A DNA stretch of 64,000 nt, from the IMG/VR virus record IMGVR_UViG_3300023296_000994. One strand, 5' to 3'. The number at the start of each line of letters is the position of its first letter. The stretch's first letter is position 1. The notes below the pieces were generated by a model, which worked only from the letters and a program-made list of their open reading frames with translations, was not told the origin of the DNA and made no database searches. The stretch is from a virus. Position numbers and translations under genes: made by a program. Below, piece after piece: positions 48,243 to 57,716 of the stretch.

Positions 48243-48364
48243 TAGAACTCCAAAGTTAAGGTAGTAACCGTGCCCGTGATGTCGAACGTAATATCTGCCA
48301 AACGTGCTGAGGCCGGCTTCCTACCTTGATTAATAAATAAGATTCTGTGTAAATTCATAGTGGA

Positions 48365-49765
48365 TTAAAATGTAAGTGTAACCGATGTAACAGAACCGGA
48401 AATACTAAAACTAGATGAAACCGATGCTGCAATAGATTGAGAAATAAATGAACCAGATGCTGGATTGCCATCAACTACAACAGTTGATATTGAGCCGGCA
48501 CCTGCTAAACTTTGTGACGTTACTGTATATGAACCAGACCAAGCAGGTGATATGAATGTATATGTTGTTTCCGTTCCAGCCAATGAAATTACGAGTTCAG
48601 GGTCTATACTGACTGCTAGACTTCCCGATGAAGCAATACTATATGAATCAGTTGTTCCATCGGGAAAACTTAATGATAATTGGGCGGGGTAACAATAACT
48701 GTTAATGTCAATTTCATAACTTGAGCTATATACGAATTGAGATGAAGTAATTACACTTGAATCTGGATTCAATACTGAAAATGTAACATCATCGATTAAT
48801 ACATTACTCGCGCTTATTTCTCCGACTGGATCGGCTGCAGTATTAATAACAGGTATGTCTTCGGTTGTAGATGCAGGAACAAGTGAATACAACACACCAT
48901 TAATATTAATTGTTGCATTCCCGCCTACCCCGGTACCGTTTGGTTGGCCGCCGCCTACTGTAAGCAATGAGTTGTTTTGAGTAATCAAATTACCATCTAC
49001 ACTTTCACCAAAATGAACAACGGCTCTGGTAAATACCTTTTGACTTTGTTCTGTGGCAGCTTTCTGTATATTATCAGGTATAATATATCCACGTAATTGT
49101 AACGAAAATGAAGTTCGAATTGCTCTATCTTCACCTTGATTTACTTCTACCGTGTTTGAAAAATTATCAATTGCTGTTGAAAAAATAAAACGTTTTGGGT
49201 CGCCCCAGAAGGCGCCTTCTGCATAATTTATAGCTTCAATAATTTTATTCATTTGGCCGATGAAATCAGTCCAAATAATAAATTCATATGTTAAAGTTAC
49301 ATAATCAGGAACAACAACTCTATGTAATTCCCTTACTGGAATTCTACCAATTAACCTATCTATGTCATCATACTTATTAACCGGTGAACGTTGGTTTGTT
49401 ATGTACTGATGAATTTGAGGATTATTTGCATCTACATTACGTGATAAACTTCTATCCTTTTCAATGGATGTGCGCTTATACATGATAAGAGGTACTTGTG
49501 TCTTTCCTTCTTTATCTCTATAGAATGTAGTTTTTTGTACTGATTTCCATCTTTCTGGGCTGCCATAGATAACAGGCACCATTGATGATTCGTTATTACT
49601 ATCAACTACATGTGGCTTTATATGATTATCTATATAATACTTCACGGCTTCATCATGCTCGTAAAGTCCTACGGTAATATTTGCAACGTCATCATTTCTT
49701 CTAATAACATTGGCTCTATTTACCGTTTCTTGTTTAGACTTGTTTGCAGTTGGTTTCTTTGCCAT
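48365..49765 (-). CDS. Tail terminator/neck protein (T4 gp15-like) with long C-terminal extension
   Basis: VPVIYGSPERW, VPLIM.KR, PDYVTLTY.FIIWT....QMN.IIE; follows gp13/gp14-like genes. Confidence 0.7.
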   Translation of the reverse strand: MAKKPTANKSKQETVNRANVIRRNDDVANITVGLYEHDEAVKYYIDNHIKPHVVDSNNESSMVPVIYGSPERWKSVQKTTFYRDKEGKTQVPLIMYKRTSIEKDRSLSRNVDANNPQIHQYITNQRSPVNKYDDIDRLIGRIPVRELHRVVVPDYVTLTYEFIIWTDFIGQMNKIIEAINYAEGAFWGDPKRFIFSTAIDNFSNTVEVNQGEDRAIRTSFSLQLRGYIIPDNIQKAATEQSQKVFTRAVVHFGESVDGNLITQNNSLLTVGGGQPNGTGVGGNATININGVLYSLVPASTTEDIPVINTAADPVGEISASNVLIDDVTFSVLNPDSSVITSSQFVYSSSYEIDINSYCYPAQLSLSFPDGTTDSYSIASSGSLAVSIDPELVISLAGTETTYTFISPAWSGSYTVTSQSLAGAGSISTVVVDGNPASGSFISQSIAASVSSSFSISGSVTSVTLTF

Positions 49766-50283
49766 TAGCTGTAATATAGATTATCTGGATTTCCAGTGTT
49801 TGTTCTTTCAATTGAAAGATTTGAACGTCTTGTTAAATGAGCACTACATATGATTGAATGATTGCCACCAAATGTACCACCAACATGATCAGTATCAGGA
49901 TTCTTTCCTACCACAAATTGATTTTCAATAATCCCACCTACTTCCCAGAAATTTTCATTCCATTTTATAATATCACCTATTTCCATAACAATGTCCGCGT
50001 CATCTTTTAACGTGTCACGTAAAAATGCAAATGTCATGGATTGGTTTACATCTGACCCGAAGTCATCTGAATTCCATTGTTGATCATCTCTACCAATTAA
50101 ACATGGTATTCTAACAGGCTGCTTATATACTTTATTTATAGCTTCATCATATAGACTTTCTTGTACATCTGTGATGGATAGCTTAAATACATCTACAGTA
50201 ACATCGATGATGTTATTGATAAGTTCTTTATTTAAATGTCTGAAAAGAGAGATATCCCTTTCGCCACCATACATTGCACACAT
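49765..50283 (-). CDS. Neck/head-closure protein (T4 gp14-like)
   Basis: LYDEA..K, F.FLRD.L, EIGDIIKW...FWEV. Confidence 0.7.
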   Translation of the reverse strand: MCAMYGGERDISLFRHLNKELINNIIDVTVDVFKLSITDVQESLYDEAINKVYKQPVRIPCLIGRDDQQWNSDDFGSDVNQSMTFAFLRDTLKDDADIVMEIGDIIKWNENFWEVGGIIENQFVVGKNPDTDHVGGTFGGNHSIICSAHLTRRSNLSIERTNTGNPDNLYYS

Positions 50284-50290
50284 TATAATT

Positions 50291-51448
50291 TTATCCTAAG
50301 TATATACCAAGTGGAATTCGACCTAAAGTATCTTGTTGAAATTCAGATATATCTTTTTGCTGTTCCATTGTATTTCTACTTGAAGCAGCTTCTAAATCTT
50401 CTCTCAATTGAGCTACAAGATTTTCCTTTTCAGTTGCGCCTTCTGTACGAAGTGTATCACCGTCAAGCGTTACATCAGCCCCTGGAATAGGAATAGAACT
50501 ATACTTACTTCTTATGTTACCTAATAATTCTTTAACTAACGCAACTGTATACTTACGTATCCATTGTTTTCCAGGGTCATTTATTTGAGAGTATACCATG
50601 TTATCATATGGCACATTCGAATAGTCTGATATTTCACCTTGACCGCCTGTTGGTCCGAATGGATTTGACCGGTCACTGTTAACTATATAATGGAACCAAA
50701 GATCGTAATTTGATGTACTTGTTGGTCGCGGGAATATAGTTACTTGATTATTTTTTATATTGAAACTAAAAGCAGATCGTCTAATTGTATCATTAAATTC
50801 AATAGACTGCATTCTTAGTAAGTCATCATACATCGGCATCATTAAATAATTAACTGCGGGACTAAATTGCCCCCAACCGAATCCCGATAGCATTTGAGAT
50901 GTTCCTTGGCCGGAGCCCATATATGGGTCAAAGAATCGTGTTATAGCAGGCGATGCTTCATGAAACACACGTTTAACTTCTATTCTATTTCCACTTTCCG
51001 ATACATCGGCCCAAAGTGCCTGTAGGTCATAGGTCTGTTTACCACCCACCACGTTGATTGAGCCGCTCTTATACGTGACATCTCCCCCAGAACCACCTTC
51101 ACTACCATAAGTTTTACTAATGTCTATAATACGTGACAGGTTAGGTGTTATGTTTCTATGAGTTAGATTGGAACCGGTTGATGCACCCTTTAAATTCAAT
51201 AGGTTTTCACGTATATTAAATTGATTGACTTGAGCACCATATTCATTTACAGCTTCCTCGAAGACAGCATAAAATGAACACGCCTGTAATTCAATATCTA
51301 CTATAGGATATCCAAGACGTTTTGCAGCCCAAACGGCCACGGCTTCGGCATCACATTGAAACGTAGTGTCACTATCATATAATCCAAACGGAGTATCTCC
51401 TGGATAAAATGATGAACTACCTGGCCAAATTGGAATTGATACACTCAC
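50291..51448 (-). CDS. Neck/head-tail adaptor (T4 gp13-like)
   Basis: RLGYPIVDIEL, WIRKYTVALVKELLG.IRSKYS.IPIPG..VTLDG. Confidence 0.8.
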   Translation of the reverse strand: MSVSIPIWPGSSSFYPGDTPFGLYDSDTTFQCDAEAVAVWAAKRLGYPIVDIELQACSFYAVFEEAVNEYGAQVNQFNIRENLLNLKGASTGSNLTHRNITPNLSRIIDISKTYGSEGGSGGDVTYKSGSINVVGGKQTYDLQALWADVSESGNRIEVKRVFHEASPAITRFFDPYMGSGQGTSQMLSGFGWGQFSPAVNYLMMPMYDDLLRMQSIEFNDTIRRSAFSFNIKNNQVTIFPRPTSTSNYDLWFHYIVNSDRSNPFGPTGGQGEISDYSNVPYDNMVYSQINDPGKQWIRKYTVALVKELLGNIRSKYSSIPIPGADVTLDGDTLRTEGATEKENLVAQLREDLEAASSRNTMEQQKDISEFQQDTLGRIPLGIYLG

Positions 51449-51675
51449 TTACTTAGTTCCTTATTAATTTTTTTGAGAATTGAATTTATTTGTTTAATCG
51501 ATTTTCCGCGTTTCACCGGAATAATGGTATTCGATGTTATATTTTTTTGTGCATTAAGATAGGATGATGCATTTCTTTTTTTAATAATACTGGACCTATC
51601 ATTTACACGGAGCCAATGACCCCGACACCAGGTACTATTTGTAGTACCACCACAACCACATTTACAAACATTCAT
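51445..51675 (-). CDS. Small CxCGCG protein, probable homing-endonuclease remnant
   Basis: MNVCKCGCGG...GH N-terminus typical of phage endonuclease DNA-binding modules; no nuclease domain. Confidence 0.45.
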   Translation of the reverse strand: MNVCKCGCGGTTNSTWCRGHWLRVNDRSSIIKKRNASSYLNAQKNITSNTIIPVKRGKSIKQINSILKKINKELSK

Positions 51676-52073
51676 TAATACGTTACCTCTTTGGATAGTT
51701 TTATTTTTCCTTCTAATATTCTGGATACATATTCACAATTACCAGACCCACTATATATTTCTATATCATAGTATGCTCTATCGAACGTGAATTGACTGGA
51801 TGAATACGCCGATATATATACACCTATACTACCAGATGTTTTAGGTAATGTTGCTGATGCTGATGTAGGGGTTAAATTTAATCCCGTACCACATGTAGTT
51901 AAAGAAGATGATAAACTTGCGTACAAGTTCGAACCTTTCTTAGAATCTCTGATTTGCATCCTAGCTTCATAGTCAGTAAGGTCAATAGCGGACCCTGTTG
52001 AATCTTTGTAATCGATTCTAAAGTCTACTGTAGTACCTTGTTCTATTATGAATGTATAGTTTCCTGCTGCCAT
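51675..52073 (-). CDS. Virion structural protein (BppU N-terminal-like)
   Basis: YTFIIEQGTT, IDLTDY.ARMQIR, AYYDIEI, RILEGKI.LSKEVT. Confidence 0.65.
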   Translation of the reverse strand: MAAGNYTFIIEQGTTVDFRIDYKDSTGSAIDLTDYEARMQIRDSKKGSNLYASLSSSLTTCGTGLNLTPTSASATLPKTSGSIGVYISAYSSSQFTFDRAYYDIEIYSGSGNCEYVSRILEGKIKLSKEVTY

Positions 52074-52086
52074 ATTATTTCCCTAT

Positions 52087-52096
52087 TATAAATATC
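52087..52096 (-). promoter_or_regulatory. Representative copy of the putative late promoter GATATTTATA
   Basis: Recurs (incl. GATACTTATA/TATATTTATA variants) at 618, 13505, 21204, 29808, 31422, 34034, 34345, 40793, 44406, 46032, 47307, 54791 and 58585, each shortly upstream of a minus-strand start. Confidence 0.7.
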
Positions 52097-52107
52097 AAAT
52101 TAGGTAC

Positions 52108-52132
52108 AAAAAAAGGAGAACCGAAGTTCTCC
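52108..52132 (-). terminator. Rho-independent terminator after major capsid gene
   Basis: Minus strand GGAGAAC-UUCG-GUUCUCC followed by U7. Confidence 0.9.
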
Positions 52133-52164
52133 CTTTTTATTTTCATATTTTAATCGGGTTAGGA

Positions 52165-53823
52165 TTAAACAGTATCTAAGCCACCGATATATATTTTCCC
52201 AAAAAATTCCGGACGGACTACCTTTTTCGCGTAACGTGTCATAACCCCTTTACGTGGTGTAAAGTTAGTTGGGTCATATACAAGAGGAGTCATAATCAAT
52301 GGAATATATGGAGCATAAACTGCACCTGTTTCCAAGAATTGTGCACCACGGAATCCCATTAATAGAACATTGTCTAAGAAATATGGATTCTTGTATACAG
52401 TGAATCTATTGGCCAACGAACCAACCTTAGTAACACCCATTGCGTATGTTGTAGCTGTACCATCTGTAGTAGCTGCATATCCAGGAATAGATTCCAAGAT
52501 AGTTGATACTTCAGGTGAAACTACAATAAAGTTAGCGTTTCCTCTCATGGTAGACTGGTAAATCTTGTTACTAATCTTCTGTACTTTAGTACCAAGAGTT
52601 TGATACCATGTTTGTTGTGTGTAAGCCGCTGCTGCCCCAACCGAAGTTGCTGCTGCCGATGCGCCTGTACCACTTAGAGTGAAACCTAAATCTGCTGACC
52701 ATTGGTCGATGTGCAATGCTGCTTGTTCAATCATTGACAAGATTTCCAAGTCAATTTCCATAGCAACATATTCTGAAAGCATTGAAGTTAATTCAGCTTC
52801 AGCATCGATACTGTGATAAGCGTTAAGGTCTTGAGCGAATTCTGGTGACCAAACAACTTTCAACTTACGTGTCTTAGCTATGATAGCTTCTTGACGTAGT
52901 TCAACGTTGATTTCTGGAATGTTTAAGTTCGTACCAGATGTTGGACCTTGAATTGGATCAGAATCTTCGAAATCGCCACGTGAGTAAGCGTTACGAGTAT
53001 CGTTGAAATAAGTAACAGTTACCGAACTTGCTTGAACAGCGGCACCGAGTGCTTGTGTAGTGAAGAACGATGCAGACACAGCGTTAGCTTGGTTGTATGT
53101 TCTATTTCCACTTGCGTCAGTAACGAAGTTATAAGTAGGTAAGTTTGTTGAATCAACGATGATTGACCCACTAACAACAACGAAGTGTTGTACAGCGTTC
53201 ACATCTACATCGGTGCTAAGCGCACTTAGAGGAAGTGAAATCTTAGCGATAAGTCCACCGGCTACTGATGCTGACAATGCAGCGTCAAACCCAACTTCAT
53301 CCCATGATGCAGATGCAGCGGTAGTAACGGTTACAGCACTAGCGGTTACAGCCTTAAGCGAATAACCACCTTTACCTTTTCCATACAAACCACCTGAAGG
53401 CGTTGATGATGCACTGGTGTTACCCATGATATCAGCACCTTGTGTGAATCTACTACCGTCTTGTGTAGTACCGTATTTGAAATCCAAATAGAAAATTAGA
53501 CCTGAAGGCAAGTTCATCGGTTGAACCGAAACGAATTCTTTAGCACTAATTTGGCCGAAAATACGTCTAACAAGCGGAAGGGCTACACCATTCCAATCTT
53601 CTTTAGAGTTACTTTCACCTGCATTAGTAGTAGATGCTTCATACATCAACTGACGGGCCTGGTTTTCTAATAGAATAGCGGTATTATGCTTTTCATATTC
53701 AGCATCGATACCTTCCAATAGACCCGATTGAGCCCATTTGTCAACGTATGCACGTGTTTGTTCACGTTGAGCGCGAAACGTTTTGTTTGAGTCTTGTAAG
53801 AGCTCTGAAATATTCTTATTCAT
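52165..53823 (-). CDS. Major capsid protein (T4 gp23-like)
   Basis: LPLVRR, VSVQPMNLPSGLIFYLD, AKTRKLK..WS.E.AQDL.A.H.IDAEAEL, YAPYIPL, GVMTRYA. Confidence 0.96.
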   Translation of the reverse strand: MNKNISELLQDSNKTFRAQREQTRAYVDKWAQSGLLEGIDAEYEKHNTAILLENQARQLMYEASTTNAGESNSKEDWNGVALPLVRRIFGQISAKEFVSVQPMNLPSGLIFYLDFKYGTTQDGSRFTQGADIMGNTSASSTPSGGLYGKGKGGYSLKAVTASAVTVTTAASASWDEVGFDAALSASVAGGLIAKISLPLSALSTDVDVNAVQHFVVVSGSIIVDSTNLPTYNFVTDASGNRTYNQANAVSASFFTTQALGAAVQASSVTVTYFNDTRNAYSRGDFEDSDPIQGPTSGTNLNIPEINVELRQEAIIAKTRKLKVVWSPEFAQDLNAYHSIDAEAELTSMLSEYVAMEIDLEILSMIEQAALHIDQWSADLGFTLSGTGASAAATSVGAAAAYTQQTWYQTLGTKVQKISNKIYQSTMRGNANFIVVSPEVSTILESIPGYAATTDGTATTYAMGVTKVGSLANRFTVYKNPYFLDNVLLMGFRGAQFLETGAVYAPYIPLIMTPLVYDPTNFTPRKGVMTRYAKKVVRPEFFGKIYIGGLDTV

Positions 53824-53844
53824 TATGAATAATTCTCCTGTTTT

Positions 53845-54681
53845 TTAGATTAGACCTGCAAGCTTTTTCATGCGGTCTGAAAAATCGTTACTTTCTGTAA
53901 TGATTTCTTTTGGTTTTGTTGAGGCAATCGGCTTAGACGCGAGGCCTTCAGCGATTTTAACTTTCTTTGATGGTGCTTTGGACATCGATTGAGATAGTGT
54001 TTTGTACACCAACTTAATTTCTTTAAGTGTATCAGCGTCATCAAAGTTTTCGATTATTCTCATCTTTTGACTTTCATCAAGATTATGTAATCTAAACAAC
54101 TTATTAGAGAACAATAATTTAGCATTTAGAATGTTTACTTCGTTAAGTGTATCTTTCAATGTTCTGATTGTGTCGTATGCTTCTTGCAAGTCAGTTTCCA
54201 TCGTCGCAGTTTCATTACTTTCATCTACAGAATCATCTTCGGCCAATTCGCGAAGGATTTCATCTAAATCCAATTCATCGTCTTCGTCATCGCTTTCTTC
54301 ATCAGCATCATCTTCAACGTCAGATTCATGTACTGTGGCTACATCTTCAGCTTCTTCAAGCTCACGGATAATAGATTCAAGTTCTAAATCAGAATCGTCA
54401 TCGTCTTCTGCTGGCTTTGAATCTTCCTTTTCATCATCTTCGTCATCAGATTCATTTACTTCGGTAACATCTTCTGCTACTTCTGTAGTTTCATCTAATT
54501 CAAGATCATCATCTTCTAAATCTTCTACATCATCATCATCCATTTCGTTCAAATGTGCTGAAATCATGTCTTTGATTTTTGGTGAAAAAGTTTCTTCTAA
54601 TACTAATTTTGCGTTTGCGATTGCAGTTTCTCTAACAGCTTTAGCGTCAGCAATTGCTTCTTTTAAAAGGTCTTTTGACAT
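53845..54681 (-). CDS. Prohead core/scaffolding protein
   Basis: Highly acidic coiled coil immediately upstream of the capsid gene; LNEVNILNAKLLF.NKLF, RMKKLAGL. Confidence 0.8.
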   Translation of the reverse strand: MSKDLLKEAIADAKAVRETAIANAKLVLEETFSPKIKDMISAHLNEMDDDDVEDLEDDDLELDETTEVAEDVTEVNESDDEDDEKEDSKPAEDDDDSDLELESIIRELEEAEDVATVHESDVEDDADEESDDEDDELDLDEILRELAEDDSVDESNETATMETDLQEAYDTIRTLKDTLNEVNILNAKLLFSNKLFRLHNLDESQKMRIIENFDDADTLKEIKLVYKTLSQSMSKAPSKKVKIAEGLASKPIASTKPKEIITESNDFSDRMKKLAGLI

Positions 54682-54710
54682 TTTAAATTCTCCTTAATTT
54701 AATTTGGAAA

Positions 54711-54785
54711 TATAGCTATTGAGAGCTACAATGGGATAAAAACTGCGATTGATATTATATAAAAAAATAATATATTTTACGCAGT
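54711..54785 (-). promoter_or_regulatory. Two-hairpin 5' leader of the scaffold/capsid operon
   Basis: Inverted repeats ACTGCG/CGCAGT with inner ATATTA/TAATAT (54742-54785) and TAGCT/AGCTA (54711-54730), between promoter motif and RBS. Confidence 0.45.
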
Positions 54786-54818
54786 GTACATATAAGTATA
54801 CAGTATTTCTACAAACCC

Positions 54819-55103
54819 TTAATCATTGGCAAGTAATACAATATACGAATCAGACCAGCAAGTAGACTTTTTTCTGTCTAATTTAATGCGGTCAGCGTCA
54901 CATTTCTGATAGAATACTGCTCTATTGTTTCGTTCCCTTTTAGATGCAGATTTCTTTTCATAGTATGACTTCTTTTTTAATTTTGTAAATATGTCGCTTT
55001 CTTTTGAATTGCGCTTCCATATTTTTAATGCGGTATCTAATCCGCCGGTTGGTACACCAACTGAGTTGGAATTACCATATGTGTTATAACTTTTGTATTT
55101 CAT
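54819..55103 (-). CDS. rpsU: Phage-encoded ribosomal protein bS21 homolog
   Basis: V.V...GLDTALKIWKR..KES......KK.YYEKKS..KR; probable start 55103; between protease and scaffold genes. Confidence 0.75.
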   Translation of the reverse strand: MKYKSYNTYGNSNSVGVPTGGLDTALKIWKRNSKESDIFTKLKKKSYYEKKSASKRERNNRAVFYQKCDADRIKLDRKKSTCWSDSYIVLLAND

Positions 55104-55131
55104 ATTTTTATACTTTTTGTATTTTATTATT

Positions 55132-56136
55132 TTAAAATCCGACTGATATACTATCTTCTTTGCCGTCAACCCAACGTATACCAATACTAAGTAATGATTT
55201 TAAATCGCTGGATGCCAGGCGGCCACCTCTTATACCGGTATCGATGACTACAATATGTCCGTGAATACCATCAAATAAATCAAAATCTTTATTGTTGTAA
55301 AATAGCTTTACTATTTTTTTAGCTTTTGTTTGTGCTTTTGCTGGTAATTCATTAAGAGATACTTGGGATGCTTCATTAAGTATATCCTTAAGAGTTGGTA
55401 ATAATTTATCCATAGATTCAACGGTTATGTTCTTATCTTTTAAATGTTTCATTAGTTCTATCTTCGTATGTTTATTTCTAAGTTCCATGTAATCACCTTC
55501 GTAATCTACAAAATAAAGCTTTTGGGATGCTCTATCCCACCAAATATAATCATTACCAGGCATATACATTTTTGAAAATGACTTTTCTAGTTTGATTTTT
55601 TGCATTCCCTTTAAAAACTTCTTAGTATCTGATGTGGGAGTGGCTTCGATTAAATTGGCCAACAAAATATTATTTGATTCCTTAATTGGCGTCCATACAC
55701 CTTTATTTACATCAAAATCTACTTTTGGAAAAAATGTAGTTTTAGTTATTAGCTTTTTACCTCTTGGTTCTGTTTGCTTAACCTTATACCCTTTATTGGT
55801 AAAATCTAAAATTTCAGCAGAATAGCCATCCAAATGCTTATGCTTAAATTTATCACCTATATCTATTTCTGATAAATTGGATTTTTTATTAATAGATTCT
55901 TTTAACTTAAACTTAGATATAAATTCACGCTCATATTCATTTCCTGGTTTACCAGACAACGCCGATGAAAAATCCATTTTGGCCATAGCTCTTCCCTTTT
56001 TGTGAGGTCCGTTTACTATATAGCTAAATAGTGCTTCAGCATCCAGATTATTATCAACTATAAATTTATTAACAGCTGTAACTCTAGTTGCAGTCATATC
56101 AGCTATGTGTTTCACAAATCTACTATTAGGTTTCAT
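55132..56136 (-). CDS. Hypothetical head-region protein (mosaic of short domains)
   Basis: Lys-rich, with repeated (L/I)xE segments resembling prohead-protease cleavage sites. Confidence 0.5.
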   Translation of the reverse strand: MKPNSRFVKHIADMTATRVTAVNKFIVDNNLDAEALFSYIVNGPHKKGRAMAKMDFSSALSGKPGNEYEREFISKFKLKESINKKSNLSEIDIGDKFKHKHLDGYSAEILDFTNKGYKVKQTEPRGKKLITKTTFFPKVDFDVNKGVWTPIKESNNILLANLIEATPTSDTKKFLKGMQKIKLEKSFSKMYMPGNDYIWWDRASQKLYFVDYEGDYMELRNKHTKIELMKHLKDKNITVESMDKLLPTLKDILNEASQVSLNELPAKAQTKAKKIVKLFYNNKDFDLFDGIHGHIVVIDTGIRGGRLASSDLKSLLSIGIRWVDGKEDSISVGF

Positions 56137-56771
56137 TATTTAGTACTCGTTGGTATTGAACATTGGCAAGTTAATTCACATAATATGTCTGACACCAATG
56201 TATTTATTTTTAAATATCGATCAGTTGCGGAAGATACTACAGATTCAGATATACCATTTGGTGCCATAAATGCACCATGAGTAGATGGATTACTTACGAA
56301 ATCCCAACACACAAGGTCAAAATCATCTTTAACAGTTACCGTATCTTGTCGGCCAGTAGCTTCAACCGAACCCATTCCTCTGGAACTAATACCAAGTGCT
56401 ACTTGACTTTTCAATAGTTCTCTTAAAATATTTCCGGATGGAGTTGACAGTACTTCAACTTTACCTATAACATCATTACCTTCCCACCATATATTTCTAA
56501 ATATATGGGATACGTTTTTTAGATTAACTACCGATGATTCCGGATGGTCAAGTTCACCGAGTGCACGATTTTCTTTTATTTCTCTACCAATATATTTGAT
56601 AACTTCACGCTCTAATATTCGCTTAGGATATACCCTACCGTTTTGGTTAGGAGCTTCAGCACGTTGGATTACGCCAGTTACTATAACCTTACCATTATTT
56701 TTTTGCTCTGACTCCAACACCATTGCGGGAGATATTTCAAAGGTAGTATAATCAATTAATAAAGTTTTCAT
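56136..56771 (-). CDS. Prohead protease (T4 gp21-like)
   Basis: NQNGRVYP, ALGELDHP, VSH, TPSGNIL, GISSRGMGS, WDFVSNPST; probable start 56771. Confidence 0.95.
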   Translation of the reverse strand: MKTLLIDYTTFEISPAMVLESEQKNNGKVIVTGVIQRAEAPNQNGRVYPKRILEREVIKYIGREIKENRALGELDHPESSVVNLKNVSHIFRNIWWEGNDVIGKVEVLSTPSGNILRELLKSQVALGISSRGMGSVEATGRQDTVTVKDDFDLVCWDFVSNPSTHGAFMAPNGISESVVSSATDRYLKINTLVSDILCELTCQCSIPTSTK

Positions 56772-56905
56772 GGTGTTTTCCATACAGATCGTTTTACATA
56801 TAAATCAAAAAAAACTTCCGCTACTTCCTTTCGTATTATAGCTTGGATTCTTTTTATATCCTTACTTGTCAGTTCTTCTACAATATGAGTTTTCTTTGAC
56901 TTCAT
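56768..56905 (-). CDS. Small 45-aa protein missed by the ORF track
   Basis: MKSKKTHIVEELTSKDIKRIQAIIRKEVAEVFFDLYVKRSVWKTP; starts 1 nt after the upstream stop and has an ATGA overlap with the protease. Confidence 0.7.
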   Translation of the reverse strand: MKSKKTHIVEELTSKDIKRIQAIIRKEVAEVFFDLYVKRSVWKTP

Positions 56906-56906
56906 A

Positions 56907-57716
56907 TTAGAATTTTCTTAGTTTTTCACTTATTCTATACATCTTTTCAGATATCTTTTTCAAGTTAGATCTAGTTGGCTTCCAATATCCATCTTTACCC
57001 ACACCATCTTCCTTTTTTAACTTTAGATTCTGGTTAATGGTATGTTCTATTTCAAATAATTTTAGATTTATTTCTTTGATTGCAATATTAACTTTTTGCT
57101 TTGATGATGTTGATTCATCAGATTTATAATCTTTGTATCTGGCTTCATTAACTACTGATTCACTTTTGAATGGATTAAACAATCCCCTCTTAATTATTTC
57201 TTTTTTAGTAGATGGCGCTGCTTTAGCTTTTGATTGGTGGTTAAATTTAATTGGATTAAATTTTTCCAATTCATCTACATTTACATTACCGTCTGCATCG
57301 GTTTTTACTTCACCTGATTTATCATCTGCAAGTCTTACAATACCAATTGTCTTAGTTCTTTTGTTATAAACTAAATCATCAACGCTGAATACGCCAGCGT
57401 ATTCTTTAATAATTGATTTAGAATCAATATCATATAGTTCGGCCATCATTCTTTTGTACATTGTCATTGGTGATGTTTCATCATCTTTTCTAAGAGCGGT
57501 TTTTTCTTTTAGTTTTTTCACCTGCTTATATCCGGCAGATTCTATATCTTTTTTCTTAGCCTTACCAAAGGCCTTTGGAGTATTATATGCTCCAGCGCCA
57601 GCGGTTGTACTGATTTCTTCTACTGAATCTTCATCTTCAATATCTTCAACGTCATCAATATCGTCTGCTTCTAACAACAATTTAAATTTAGCGTCTAATG
57701 TTTCACTTAATTTCAT
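56907..57716 (-). CDS. Hypothetical head-assembly region protein
   Basis: E.STTAGAGAYNTPKAF motif; coiled-coil C-terminus. Confidence 0.6.
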   Translation of the reverse strand: MKLSETLDAKFKLLLEADDIDDVEDIEDEDSVEEISTTAGAGAYNTPKAFGKAKKKDIESAGYKQVKKLKEKTALRKDDETSPMTMYKRMMAELYDIDSKSIIKEYAGVFSVDDLVYNKRTKTIGIVRLADDKSGEVKTDADGNVNVDELEKFNPIKFNHQSKAKAAPSTKKEIIKRGLFNPFKSESVVNEARYKDYKSDESTSSKQKVNIAIKEINLKLFEIEHTINQNLKLKKEDGVGKDGYWKPTRSNLKKISEKMYRISEKLRKF

